This document shows, piece after piece, positions 1-11,947 of a stretch of DNA of 64,000 nt. Origin of the DNA: Proteromonas lacertae (Eukaryota); NCBI GenBank assembly GCA_002245135.1, contig NGBS01001178.1, forward strand, positions 62,001 through 126,000, read 5' to 3'. The first letter of the stretch is position 1; every line of letters starts with the position of its first letter. A program made the position numbers and the translations under genes. The notes beneath the pieces are model-generated. The model had not been told where the DNA came from, ran no database searches, and saw nothing but the letters and a program-made list of their open reading frames with translations.

Positions 1-137
1 TTTTATTCTCACTAACACAAACATATTGATGTATATTTCAATATTTATTTGCTGTTATATAATATACTGAACGAGAATTTTGATAAATGAAAAAAGTCAA
101 ACTTTAATCAAGCTTTTAGAGAAGTATTGCGAAAAAC

Positions 138-905
138 ATGCAGCCACTGATAATTCCTGTGGTTTACGATAAACAAATACACCATATTCCATTAATAGTA
201 CCAGAATCTTTCAGGCCATCAGATTTTATAAAAGTATAATTATCTTTTCAATAGTTATAGGCTTCTCTATCTGAAAATATTATTGGTTTAACATTATGTA
301 ATTTAATTAATAACAGTGAAGTATTGTTTCATATTATTATTGGAAATATAGATTGTTTATCCTATATCTGTCATTGACAATTGTCCCGAAGTTTTTTCAT
401 CAATAGATTGGAAAAATAGTATATGTACACCGATGTATGATACTCAGACAAAATTACCTCCATATTATTATCCACAAAGGCCAACTACTGCTCCAACACT
501 TAATATTAAAATCCCTTCAATTGACTCATGGAGAGAAGGACATGGTAGACCCTCAACTGCATGTCCTGGTGATAAGAGATCAGTTATTAAGAATAAATCT
601 GCACCAATTGTTTTCTCTTGTGTAAATTGTCCACGTAATAGATCCAATAGTTGTATGTGCAAGTCATCATATAGAAAATCTGAAAGAAGATCAAGATCGA
701 CTAATGCAAAGTATAATTGAAATTATTATTATTATTAGAAAAGATGAAAAACCTGTATTATATAAACCAAAGATTAGAACGTCGTATATTTATTGTTGTT
801 CGTTATTACATTAATAGATTATCCGAATTTAAAACGCATGAAGAATTGTATAAATATCATCAGGCTACACCTCCTATTCGTTCTTGTCATAGTGCTGTGT
901 ACTGA
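138..905 (+). CDS. Hypothetical protein, about 4 short introns
   Basis: ATG at 138. GT-AG introns at 234-260, 321-351 and two more near 710-738 and 784-817 join ORF pieces 433..720 and 717..905 into one frame. No recognisable domain; 3' end uncertain. Confidence 0.55.
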
Positions 906-1456
906 TGGTAATGTAACATTTATGTTTAATACGATTTACTATTTTTATTGTTTATTTAGGACAAATCAAATACAGAAAGTTAAGTTTTTCTTTATTAATT
1001 AATATATCAATCATATACCTATTAGATAACAGTGTTTTTCTTATGTTTGTTTCAGATTAAACAAATACAAATACTAGTTATAACTTTGATCATGTTATTA
1101 ATGAAATTGAGCATGTTTCAAACCATAAAATGAACAGTCGACATTTCTGACATCTTTATAAAATCAATGTTTGTATGTAGACAAATGCATCATTCATAAA
1201 TGCATTAGATAGTGACGTTTTTTTCTCTAGATCTATTCGAATGCAATGTATATTCAATTATGTTTTAAAACGATTCAAATCTAATATGAATTCTTTGATC
1301 GATAAGCAGTTCGAAAATACTGACCATTTTAATAACTTTACAAACGATATTTTTAATCTTTTATTAAGTTTTTATCTCATACAGAGTATCTTACGGTAAA
1401 AGAATAGCTTCAGAATTTTCATAATTTCGTAATATTCGTAATAACCAAGTTATCAG

Positions 1457-1972
1457 ATGAGTAGCACAAGTGAGAGTAAAATGGATGAGAATAAGCCAGT
1501 GTCGATTTATGCTGAAGAAAATATAGAGGCAATAGGTACTGATAAAATACAAGGTATAGGTACGTCAGGTGAAATCGAAGAGAACAGTTCAAATTCTTTA
1601 TGTGAACCTAAGTTTGAAATAGAACCCATCACTGTTGATGGATTTATATTAAGTGGACCAGACGATAGTGATTTAGACATGAAACAAAATTCTGAAATAC
1701 CTCCTCAGTTAACAACAGGCATACCAAATAGTCCTGCTATTTTTACACGTCCAGCAGATGCTGCTCCGACACATACATGCCAAAATGACATGCTAAGAAG
1801 TGTAAGTTCCGATTCTCTTCATTTAAACGGATCTGACTCAGAAGAGATAGATTATTCGGATAAAGAGAGTAGATCAATGAATGGACAAATATCTATAGAT
1901 CCTGACATTATATTTGATGGTGTTTTCCCTTCTAGTAAAAATCGTAATTTAAAAATTGATTATGATCATTAG
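1457..1972 (+). CDS. Hypothetical acidic/Ser-rich protein (may extend 3' by splicing)
   Basis: 171-aa ORF with coding-like composition; possible 29-nt intron ending at the TAG at 1972. Confidence 0.5.
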   Translation: MSSTSESKMDENKPVSIYAEENIEAIGTDKIQGIGTSGEIEENSSNSLCEPKFEIEPITVDGFILSGPDDSDLDMKQNSEIPPQLTTGIPNSPAIFTRPADAAPTHTCQNDMLRSVSSDSLHLNGSDSEEIDYSDKESRSMNGQISIDPDIIFDGVFPSSKNRNLKIDYDH

Positions 1973-2156
1973 TTTATAGTAGCGTAATGTATATATACAT
2001 AATTACCATATAGTTATCAGATTATTAAGTTTCATTTTCTATATATTGGCTTGTTTTTATGTATTATGTTAAAATTATACCTAAACATACAAACACACAT
2101 TTATATATTTATAACAACAAAAAAATAAGAGAAAATGAACATACTACTTATAATAT

Positions 2157-2928
2157 CTAATCATTTTTTGATAATCTATCAACAAGATAATTAGATAAAT
2201 GAATATAACTCTGAGTGCCATCTTCATATTCCACCAAATGTTCGTGTTTCTTCGATACATACTTAATCACTCTTACTTGTCTTCCTTCATCACGATGATT
2301 GGTTCTTATAAATAAATCACTTCCAACAACATCATTTCCATAATCTTCATCTGAAAAACTGTCACTCTATAAATAATATAATATAATAAATAATAAATAA
2401 TAAATAATACTTGATCTATAACATATTTATTCTTTTTCACAACTCTACCTCTTTTAGTTACAGTAAATCCATTTCGTTTAGCTCTTTTTATAGCTAAATC
2501 TAAATCTTCATCTTCTTTAGATATACTTACATCTGATTGTTGAGATGAAGCTGAAGCTATATTGTTATTAGTATTGTTATTTGATTTATTGCTGTTGTAA
2601 TTAAACATATTATAATTTGATTTATCATATTCAAAGTTATATTCTTGTGGAGCATCACAACTTGAAAGTGCAAAATTCCAATGGTTCATTACACAATAAA
2701 ACGGTTGGGGAATATCAGAAGCGGAAATATTGGGGGGTAATTTTCGCCATTTTCTACACTGCGGATTCTCACATCGGATCCATTCAAATGGTTTTAAATA
2801 CCTTTCATTGTTAGTAGAAATCTTTAATGAAGATGCAGTCATCATACTTTGATTAGTATTTCTTTTCATTGATTCATTCGCTAAGTCTTGCAATCTTGAA
2901 GTATTTGCATTGTTATTATAGTAATTGC

Positions 2929-2962
<34 letters not shown>

Positions 2963-4498
2963 ACTTCTACTTCTCTTTTGATTGGATGATAATAATAATG
3001 ATGATTTCGGTTCTGAATCTTCTTCCTCTTCTTCTGCTTCACAGGTATTGTGTAATTTATCCCAATAATTCATTGAGCAGTACCATTTTGATGGTAATTC
3101 AGATACATCTACGAAATCAGGAAGTCTTCTCCACTTTCTGCAATTCTTATAATCACATTGTACCCAGTTATCTTTCTTTTTACCAGTAACTGTTGATGAG
3201 GATGAACTGCCATTTTCTGAAGCAGGGGATGGTAATCTAGGCTGATGGATCTAATGCAGAAGCCATTGAACTATTTGCAGGTTCTTGAGGACGTAATATC
3301 CTCGCTGTTCTTGACTTATTTTGATTCATATAATTTCTTTGCTGCTGTTGAACTTGTTGTTGTTGTTGTTGTTGTTGAACTACTTGTTGGAATTGTTGTT
3401 GCTGCTGTTGCTGTTGTGCATTAAACAATTGATTGGAAATGACGAAATTAGCAGCAGCTGGATATTGGTTAATGCCTAAATTGTAAGGAAAGCCCATCAT
3501 TTGCCTTTGCATCATTGTTATATAATCTTCATTTGGATTTGGATTATCAGGAAATTGCTATTAATATATTTAAATATAGAAATATATATATATATATATA
3601 TACGAAATTATTGATTCCTGTAGCTAGTGGTGGTGGTTGCATTGGGTTTGGATTATTCTGTAAATTGTAAATATTATTATTAAATCGTTTTTTATTCTCG
3701 TTATATTTTGATAAAACTATTTTCTTTACTCTTTCTAAAGCAACTTCACGATTTTCACCGGTTGCATTGATGATTGGCTCATTTTCGTATTTTGCTAATA
3801 TCGGTATACCATTAGATGGCTCTGTGAAGATAATATCTCTAATTGTTACTTCTCCTGATTGTGGCTTTAGTATGTATCTATATCATAACGTATAATAAAT
3901 TCATATATTGATATAAAGTCATACACATTGGTATATTCAATTTGTTGAGTTGTAGATGCTGCGTCCCGCTGCTATGAAAAAATAACACTTGATATATTTA
4001 TACGCCTGTAACAAATTGAGGGTATACCAAGTTCTAGATACAAGTATAAAAAAGAGATTATCAAATACAGGAAAGAATGACGGCATTTGCCTATGAGATA
4101 ATATAAATTTAAAAATACATGTTAGGTACAGTATTGTTAGCCAAGTTCACAATATGATCTAAACACATAAATTAACGAAGTAATACTTTGGTCTTGTGGC
4201 CAGGTGTTTGAAGGCATAGCATATAGTGGCTAAGAATATAAAATAATAAACACAAGTTAATACGTTCATCACTCGAGGAGCTGTTGGAATGGCAGGGAAG
4301 CGTTGTGTACTTTGGTTTCTATTTATATTGTAAAGATGTCTATAGAACGATACTGGAAATTATTTGGGTTTAAAAAGTTCATTGGGTTCACTGGCTAAGA
4401 AAAATTAAATCATTTTGATACTGTCATACCTGTAATTGATCGTGACTTAGTAACCAGTCTTGTTTATTATATTGGCGATCACCTGGAAAATCCTTCAT
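2157..4498 (-). CDS. Chromatin protein with two CW-type zinc fingers, polyQ/polyN tracts and a possible Tudor-like C-terminus; one apparent +1 frameshift near 3240
   Basis: [16 protein letters not shown]...WYCSMNYW...C and [16 protein letters not shown]...FYCVMNHW...SC match zf-CW. About 9 short introns traced from the ATG at 4498. Confidence 0.75.
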
Positions 4499-4913
4499 AT
4501 TTTGTCTATAACAACAGAAATAAATGTAAATGAATGAGTTGTTTCTAGTTCAATTTTATTGGTTGATATTTTAGCTCTTTTTGAAATTTTATTATAACAA
4601 GTTTATCTCGATCAAAAAAGGTACTATCCTAAAAAGTAGCTTGTAGTTATATCACTTTATGATCTATTGTCACACAAGCTAAGAAGATCATTATTCTTTT
4701 ATTCCTCCATAGAAAATGCTAATTTATTGACTGCTAATAAGATGAAGCTTTATTAAGTGTATTAGTCATTTATTACAGTGTTTGCTTGTAGTTTTTTCTT
4801 TTCATAAGTAGTAGAATGCTTTTTAATGTATGCATCTTTTATTAATCACTATAAAACCCCTAAAATAAACAAAATAGTACTCAAAAAACAATAAACTCAA
4901 GAAAAATGTTAAT

Positions 4914-6210
4914 TTATTCAACTTTGGTCTTTGGTCTACTGTAAATTCTTGGATTAAACACTTCTCTAATATTAGCAGACACTCCCATATCGTATCTAAA
5001 CATAAATTAAACATAATTTTATAAAATATATACCTATTTTGTGGTACTTCAGCATAATAAAAGTCATAGCAATAACAAGTCATACAATCACGACAATTCA
5101 ACAACTTCTGGTCAAATTCAGTTAATGTTGGTAATAATCTCTTCTTTTCCTTCTGAATATAATACTGCTTAATGTATCCCCATTTAGCCATCTCATTAGA
5201 AGTAATATTCCTTCTCATTTGGTATATATGCATACATAAAAACAGTATAACAGCAATTGCCATAATTCCACTTAAAAATAGCAAACCACTCAATGTTGGT
5301 TGTTTTGATAAAATATATTGAAATACATGTAAATAAGTAGCTTTCACTTTTTTACCTGTAGCTCTATTGATAAACACTTGATTGAACAAATGCTTTTGTT
5401 TAATCATACTGCAAATAATCAACAATAAACAAATTGCACAGTATGTTAATAATACAGCATGTGATGCTAAATAGAATAAAAACCATCTGTAATTCTTTTC
5501 ACCAACACATTGGTTAATCCATATACAATGATGATCTTGTCGACTGATACATACATCACACACTCTACAATGCTTAGACCTTGCTGGCTTTTTGAATTTA
5601 CAGGTTGAACATTCAGCTTCACCATCATATAAGATATGATCATATTCATATAAATCCTCATAACTATTATTATTAATAATATGATATATATATATATACT
5701 CTTGATGATTCTCTTTGGTAATAATACCTGGTTCAACGTAGGAAGCGATAAAAAAGCTTAATAATGCAATTAAGAATAAAACTGTACCTATGGTTCTATG
5801 TATTGTTCCTAAATAACGACATGGTACTAGTGGGAAGATATCTTTCCATGCGAAGAAATAACCACCAACCATTACAGCAAGATAGAATATTTGAAGTAAT
5901 GGGTTTCTTTGGTATAAAATCCAATTAAATAAACCACTAATACCATTGTAAACTCTTTCTCCGAAAACCATTTTGATTAGATTTCTATACATCAACAAAA
6001 GCAAATATAAAAATGATATACCCTGTTTTTCCAATCATAATTTTCACAATAAACCAATAAATCCAATCTGCAGGCTCATGACTACGAATAGAAAAAATAT
6101 CAATACCCTTCTTCATCTCCTACTAACAAACCATACATGCACAAAATGACTGTTGCAAGGTATGACAATGGTAAGGCATACCATGGTAATAAGTAACCAA
6201 ACACTTCCAT
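4914..6210 (-). CDS. DHHC palmitoyl-S-acyltransferase (SWF1/ZDHHC4-like)
   Basis: CSTCKFKKPARSKHCRVCDVCISRQDHHCIWINQCVG motif and TM helices; 4 introns; spliced stop at 4914-4916. Confidence 0.92.
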
Positions 6211-6233
6211 TTAAGTCAAATTCAGAAAAAAAA

Positions 6234-6239
6234 TCAAGC
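6234..6239 (+). promoter_or_regulatory. Candidate promoter motif TCAAGC in the 55-nt bidirectional spacer between DHHC and RtcB
   Basis: The same hexamer recurs upstream of many ATGs in the window (see findings). Confidence 0.5.
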
Positions 6240-6265
6240 TTTTTGACTCGATTTTTAGTAAATTA

Positions 6266-7932
6266 ATGTCAATCAAAAATCACGTTGTAAGGACATTTGA
6301 CGAAGTATATAAGTGGATATTATTAATCTAGGAGATTAAATTCATCCATCAGCAGAGTAATGTTTGTTATACTATTGATAAAGGATTTGTACCTAACATG
6401 AATGTATGATTTATATCAATATAGTAGGTTCCAGCTAAATTTTATGTCAATTCTAAAATAAAAGGACTACTTTATGATGAATTAGATAAATATGTGAAGA
6501 ATCCTTCAGGAACAGGCGGATTCATTCCAGCAATGAAACAACTAGGTAATGTAGCAGCACTACCTGGCATAGTTAAAGTATTTCCAATTTTACATTATAT
6601 TTCCGATTGTATAGTATTCAATAGGTCTACCAGATATTCATTCAGGATATGGTTTTTCAATAGGTAATGCAGCAGCATTTGATATGGACGATCCAAATGC
6701 TGTAGTTAGTCCAGGAGGAGTTGGATTTGATATAAACTGTGGTGTGAGATTAATTCGTACAAATTTACACATAAAAGATATTCTTCCAGTTCAAGAGGAG
6801 TTATGTCAAGCTTTATTTGATCATATACCAGTCGGTGTTGGTTCAAAAGGTATAATTCCAACTTCAACCAGTGATTTAGTCTCTGCTTTAGAGATGGGAA
6901 TTGATTGGTCAATAAGAGAAGGTTATGCTTGGGCAGAAGATAAAGAACACTGTGAAGAATATGGTAGAATGTTAACAGCTGATGCTTCAAAGGTTTCTAG
7001 AAGAGCCAAACAGAGAGGATTACCACAATTAGGAACATTAGGTGGTGGAAATCATTATGCTGAAGTGCAAGTAGTTGAAAAGATATTTGACAAACAAAAA
7101 GCAAAGAAAATGGGAATAGATGAAATTGGTCAGATTTGTGTAATGATTCATAGTGGCTCGAGAGGTTTGGGACATCAAGTTGCCACAGATGCAGTTCAAG
7201 AAATGGAGAAAGCGATGAGTAGAGACGGAATAAAGATAAATGATAGACAATTAGCTTGTGCAAGGATCAATAGTGAAGAAGGACAGAATTATTTGTGTGC
7301 AATGTCTGCTGCTGCTAATTATGCGTGGGTGAATAGATCTACAATGACATTCCTTGTGAGAGAAGCGTTTGGTAAAGTGTTTAAATGTACAGCAGATGAT
7401 TTGGATATGCATTTGATATATGATGTTTCACATAATATTGCAAAAGTATTTTTATTTTTATTTTTATTTTATTTTTTTATAATAGATTGAAAAACATGAG
7501 GTTGATGGAAAAATGAAAACATTACTAGTTCATAGAAAAGGATCTACTAGAGCTTTCCCACCACATCATCCACTTATTCCAATTGATTATCAACTTACTG
7601 GACAACCAGTTTTAATTGGTGGATCAATGGGTACTTGTAGTTATATATTAGTTGGTAGTGATGAATGTATGAAACAAACTTTTGGTAGTACTTGTCATGG
7701 AGCTGGAAGAGCATCTTCTAGAGCCAGTTCTAGAAGGACTTTGAGCTATGAGGAAGTATTGAATAAATTAAAAGCTAATAAAATATCAATTCGTGTTGCT
7801 AGTCCAAAATTGGTGATGGAAGAAGCTCCAGAATCTTATAAAGATGTTACTGAGGTTGTTAATACTTGTCATGAAGCTGGAATAAGTGAAAAAGTGGTTA
7901 AATTAAGACCAGTATGTGTAGTAAAAGGATAA
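6266..7932 (+). CDS. RTCB: tRNA-splicing ligase RtcB
   Basis: [48 protein letters not shown] and EEAPESYK motifs; 4 introns. Confidence 0.97.
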
Positions 7933-8032
7933 ATTATTTATCTTTATTATTTTTTTTTTTATTTCAAAAATCAATACAAAATCATAATAAAAACAATAAT
8001 AGTAACTTGTTTAAAAAAAGTATTTTGTGAAC

Positions 8033-9575
8033 TTACATTGGAATTCTATTCCATTTATCATCTTTCACTTCCCATTGACTTACTACTCCTTTCTTATTAA
8101 TATAACATCCACTCTCACCTTGTATTGTTCCTGGACAAGCAATCAAAACTTCATTATTCTTTGCTTTTTCAATCAATTCTTGTAACATAAATGGAGTTAT
8201 TGGACCAATAAGAAGCTTTCCTTCTTTATTGTCATTGAATATGAAATAGAACAAAGAACCAGTGCTGTTCTTATACCATCCAGATTGGCCATATACTGTA
8301 GGAACCATAGGTGAGAATTTCTGTTCAAATGATTCTTCAATATTATTATTATTATTATTATTAGTGGTTGATGAGACAGATGGACTTATATAGTTGTTGT
8401 TGTTGTTGTTGTTGTCGCTATTATTATTTGAAATATTACTATCAGTAGTTTTGATTGTAATATTTGGTTTGTCATTATTAGATTCAGTTACTAATTGTGG
8501 AGAATGTTGTTGTTGTTGTTGTTCTATAACTGTAGCAGTTGTTGTTGTTGTTGTTGCTGCTGCTGTTGTTATTGCTACAACTGGTATTTGTTGTTGTTGT
8601 TGTTCTAATTGTGGAGTTGGTTGTGGTTGATATGCTCTTAATTTATTAGCAATATCTGATTCAGGATAGATCTCAGCATACATTGTATTTAACCATTTTG
8701 AATTTAACGATTTCTTTAATAATGTTTTGTCCTCTCTTTCAAATATACATTTCCATAGATCTTTATCTCGAGTATAACTTGTCAATTGTCTACTAGACAT
8801 TCCTCTATAATAAGATTAAAATAAAAAAATATATATACAAATTTAATAAATCACTGGATTTTAAATACTTTACTATATTATTTCCACATATTTCAAACAC
8901 ACCAAATATACAGGTATCATTAATTGACTTAACTTCATAATTTATTTCCACTTCAATTCTGGATATGGTATTTTTTAAATTTTGACGATTTGCTTCAATT
9001 GTTTTTATTTCCTCTTGCAATCTCACTAATTCTTCATTTTTTACTTTTAACATATCTTCAACATTTTTCACTTCTTCTTGATTTTGATTTAATGTATCTT
9101 TTGCTTTAGAAAGGGCTATTCGATGAGATTCTAATTCTTTTAATTTTAATCCTGCACTGACGGTTAAATCGCTTTTGGTAGGTGCTGGAATTGTCAATGT
9201 GATTGTATAACTTAATGTTTTGTTTGTCATCCATGAATAGGAATTATCCCATTTTAAAGTTACTAAACTTGGCTCTTTAATTTCAACTTTACCTTGTTCT
9301 GACATATTTTGGCTTTCTACTCTTGTCATTGCTAATAATTCTGTCATATTCTTTTGTTCATCTCGAGCTTCTATTCCAAAATTGATATCATAACCTTTTG
9401 TCTCAAATCCATAAGAGAGAGTAGAACCGCCTCTTTCAACGTGAATGGGAAGAGAAAAAGTTTCGCCTGCAGGTACCACAACTTCATTTGCTTTCCATTT
9501 CAACTGGTCAGGCCTAAATCGGATTAATACAACCTAAATATACAATCTACGATTTGGTGAACTAATACTTGCCAT
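8033..9575 (-). CDS. GOLD domain + coiled coil + probable F-box protein
   Basis: GOLD-like YDINFGI...LKWDNSYSW..KTLSY. The spliced junction gives IVKYLKSSDLLNLGMSSRQLTSYTRDKDLWKCIF (F-box-like). An intron joins ORFs 8805..9503 and 8033..8800. Confidence 0.72.
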
Positions 9576-10273
9576 TTACGATTTTTCAAATCTATAATAA
9601 TTATAGTATTTTATTCATATTAATAAGATAGCATTATTTTATCTATATACTTTATAAAGGAAATAATTTGAGAAAAGGGTACGAACTTCGATCAAGCCAA
9701 AATTGAAAATTTCTTTTTTTATTTTTGTCAGAGAAATTTAATCTAAGTAGTGTTGATACAATCTTCTTTATTCCATAAAGTGCAATTTTATGTAAAATAT
9801 TTGATTTTTGACATAATTTTTTCTATTTTTGCTAAATTTCTATTTATTTGTTCATATTCGAGATTATTATATCACAATTGAATAAAAGATAGAATTATGA
9901 TATTTATAACTTTATAAGATGTTTATTTCATACTTTATAACATTATTATCATAATAAAATATCAAACGTCATTCAAGCTATATATGTTTTCTTTTTATTA
10001 TAACTAACCATGAATGTACATGATGAAGTTAGTTGTAGTATATTTGTATACAGTGAATTATCTTATGGATTTGTGGATAATAGTGAGATAATATCAGATA
10101 TACCTTTGATATTATTTAAAGAAATATTTAGTGTATGAATAATTTAATAGTATTAAATGGTCACAGCAAATTGTTCAAATGGGAAAATCTGTGTGAAGTA
10201 ACAGTCGTGTTTTAAAAAACACTATTTCAATCATTGTTTTAGTTTACTATATTATCTTACAACATATAAATAT

Positions 10274-11947
10274 ATGCCAAACGCATCTGCAGCATCAAAA
10301 TATATCTCCAGCTGTGCTAGATGGGGTAAAGGAAATAAAGACTTTGATGGATTGCTGTCAATAGCTATATTTGGAGCATCTGGCAATCTTGCTATGAATA
10401 AAGTATTTATATTATTTATGTTGTTATTAATAATAGACATTTGCTGCATTATTTAATTTATTCAAAGGCAATTACTTACCTAAAGGATTCATTATATTTG
10501 GATATGCAAGATCAGATTTAAACACTCATAAAATGAGAGAAAAAATAGAAAAGCATTTAAAAGGAGAAAAGAAGATGATGGATATATTCTTAGATCATTG
10601 CCACTATATAAAAGGTGATTATTCATATGATAATGATGGTTATAGGAAATTGTCAAAAGAAATAAACAGATTTGAGAATGAAGCTATTGATTGTGATTGT
10701 TTTGATTTAGATGATCCAAATGTATAATAATAATAATAATATATTATTTGTAATAAATAAATAGAAGAATCGATTATTCTATTTTGCTATTCCTCCTACA
10801 GTATATCACCAAGTATCAAAAGGAATAAAAAGTAAAATAATTATTATCATCAATTAATTAATAGAGAATTTAATGTCAAAGAAAGGGTGGAATAGAATAA
10901 TTATCGAAAAACCATTTGGGAAGGATTATGATAGTTCATTAAAACTAGGTAATGAATTATCAAAGTTATTCACAGAAAATCAGATATACCGTATAGATCA
11001 TTATTTAGGTAAAGAAATGGTTCAAAACATCTTAATCACTCGATTTGCTAATGTGATGTATGAACCAATTTGGAATAATAATTATATTCGATCTGTTCAA
11101 ATCGTCTTTAAAGAAGATATTGGAACTGAAGGAAGAGGTGGTTATTTTGATCAATATGGAATAATTCGTGATGTAATGCAAAATCATTTAATGCAAATAT
11201 TCGCTTTAATCGCAATGGAAACTCCAATATCATTAGAAAGTGAAGATATTCGTGATGAGAAAGTGAAAGTATTAAAAATAACTGAAATAGCTAAGAAAGA
11301 AGATTTAGTAATAGGTCAAGTATATATATTTAATTATTTATAATGAATAGTATAAGAAAACAGGTGATAAACCAGGTTATAAAGATGACAAACAAGTTCC
11401 AAAAGATTCAAAAACTCCAACATTTGCTGAATTAATATTACATGTGAATAATCGTCGATGGGCTGGAGTTCCATTTTTATTGAAATGTGGTAAAGCATTG
11501 AATGAACGAAAAGCTGAAGTTCGAATTCAATTTAAAGACATTCCTGGTTCTTTATTTGGTGGAGTTGATCGAAATGAATTAGTGATTAGAGTTCAACCAA
11601 ATGAAGCAATGTATTTAAAGATGAATATGAAAAGTCCTGGTTTAACAACAAGTGCAATAATGAGTGAATTAGATGTAACATTGAAAGATCGATTTAAAGA
11701 TACTCGTTTACCTGAAGCCTATGAGAGATTAATATTAGATGTAATTCGAGGTGATCATAGTCATTTTGTTCGATTTGATGAATTACAACGAAGTTGGTTA
11801 ATTTTTACTCCAATATTGAAAGAAATTGATGAAGGTGAAGTTCCATTGTATGACTATGAATGGGGAAGTCGAGGTCCAAAAGAAGGATATGAATTAATAA
11901 AAAGAATAGGTTATGTTCGAAGTGATAAATATAGTTGGAGTAAATAA
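10274..11947 (+). CDS. G6PD: Glucose-6-phosphate dehydrogenase, copy A
   Basis: [25 protein letters not shown] and DVMQNHL motifs; 4 introns. Confidence 0.96.

Noticed and set aside
8394..8630. PolyL/C/V ORF and other short antisense ORFs (e.g. 2869..3189, 19516..19923 and its repeats, 46410..46775)
   Set aside because: These are shadow frames of CAA/AAT triplet tracts or of real genes on the opposite strand.
10020..10120. Box C-like ATGATGA in the spacer upstream of G6PD (also GTGATGA near 42728)
   Set aside because: No matching CTGA D box or terminal stem at a suitable distance.
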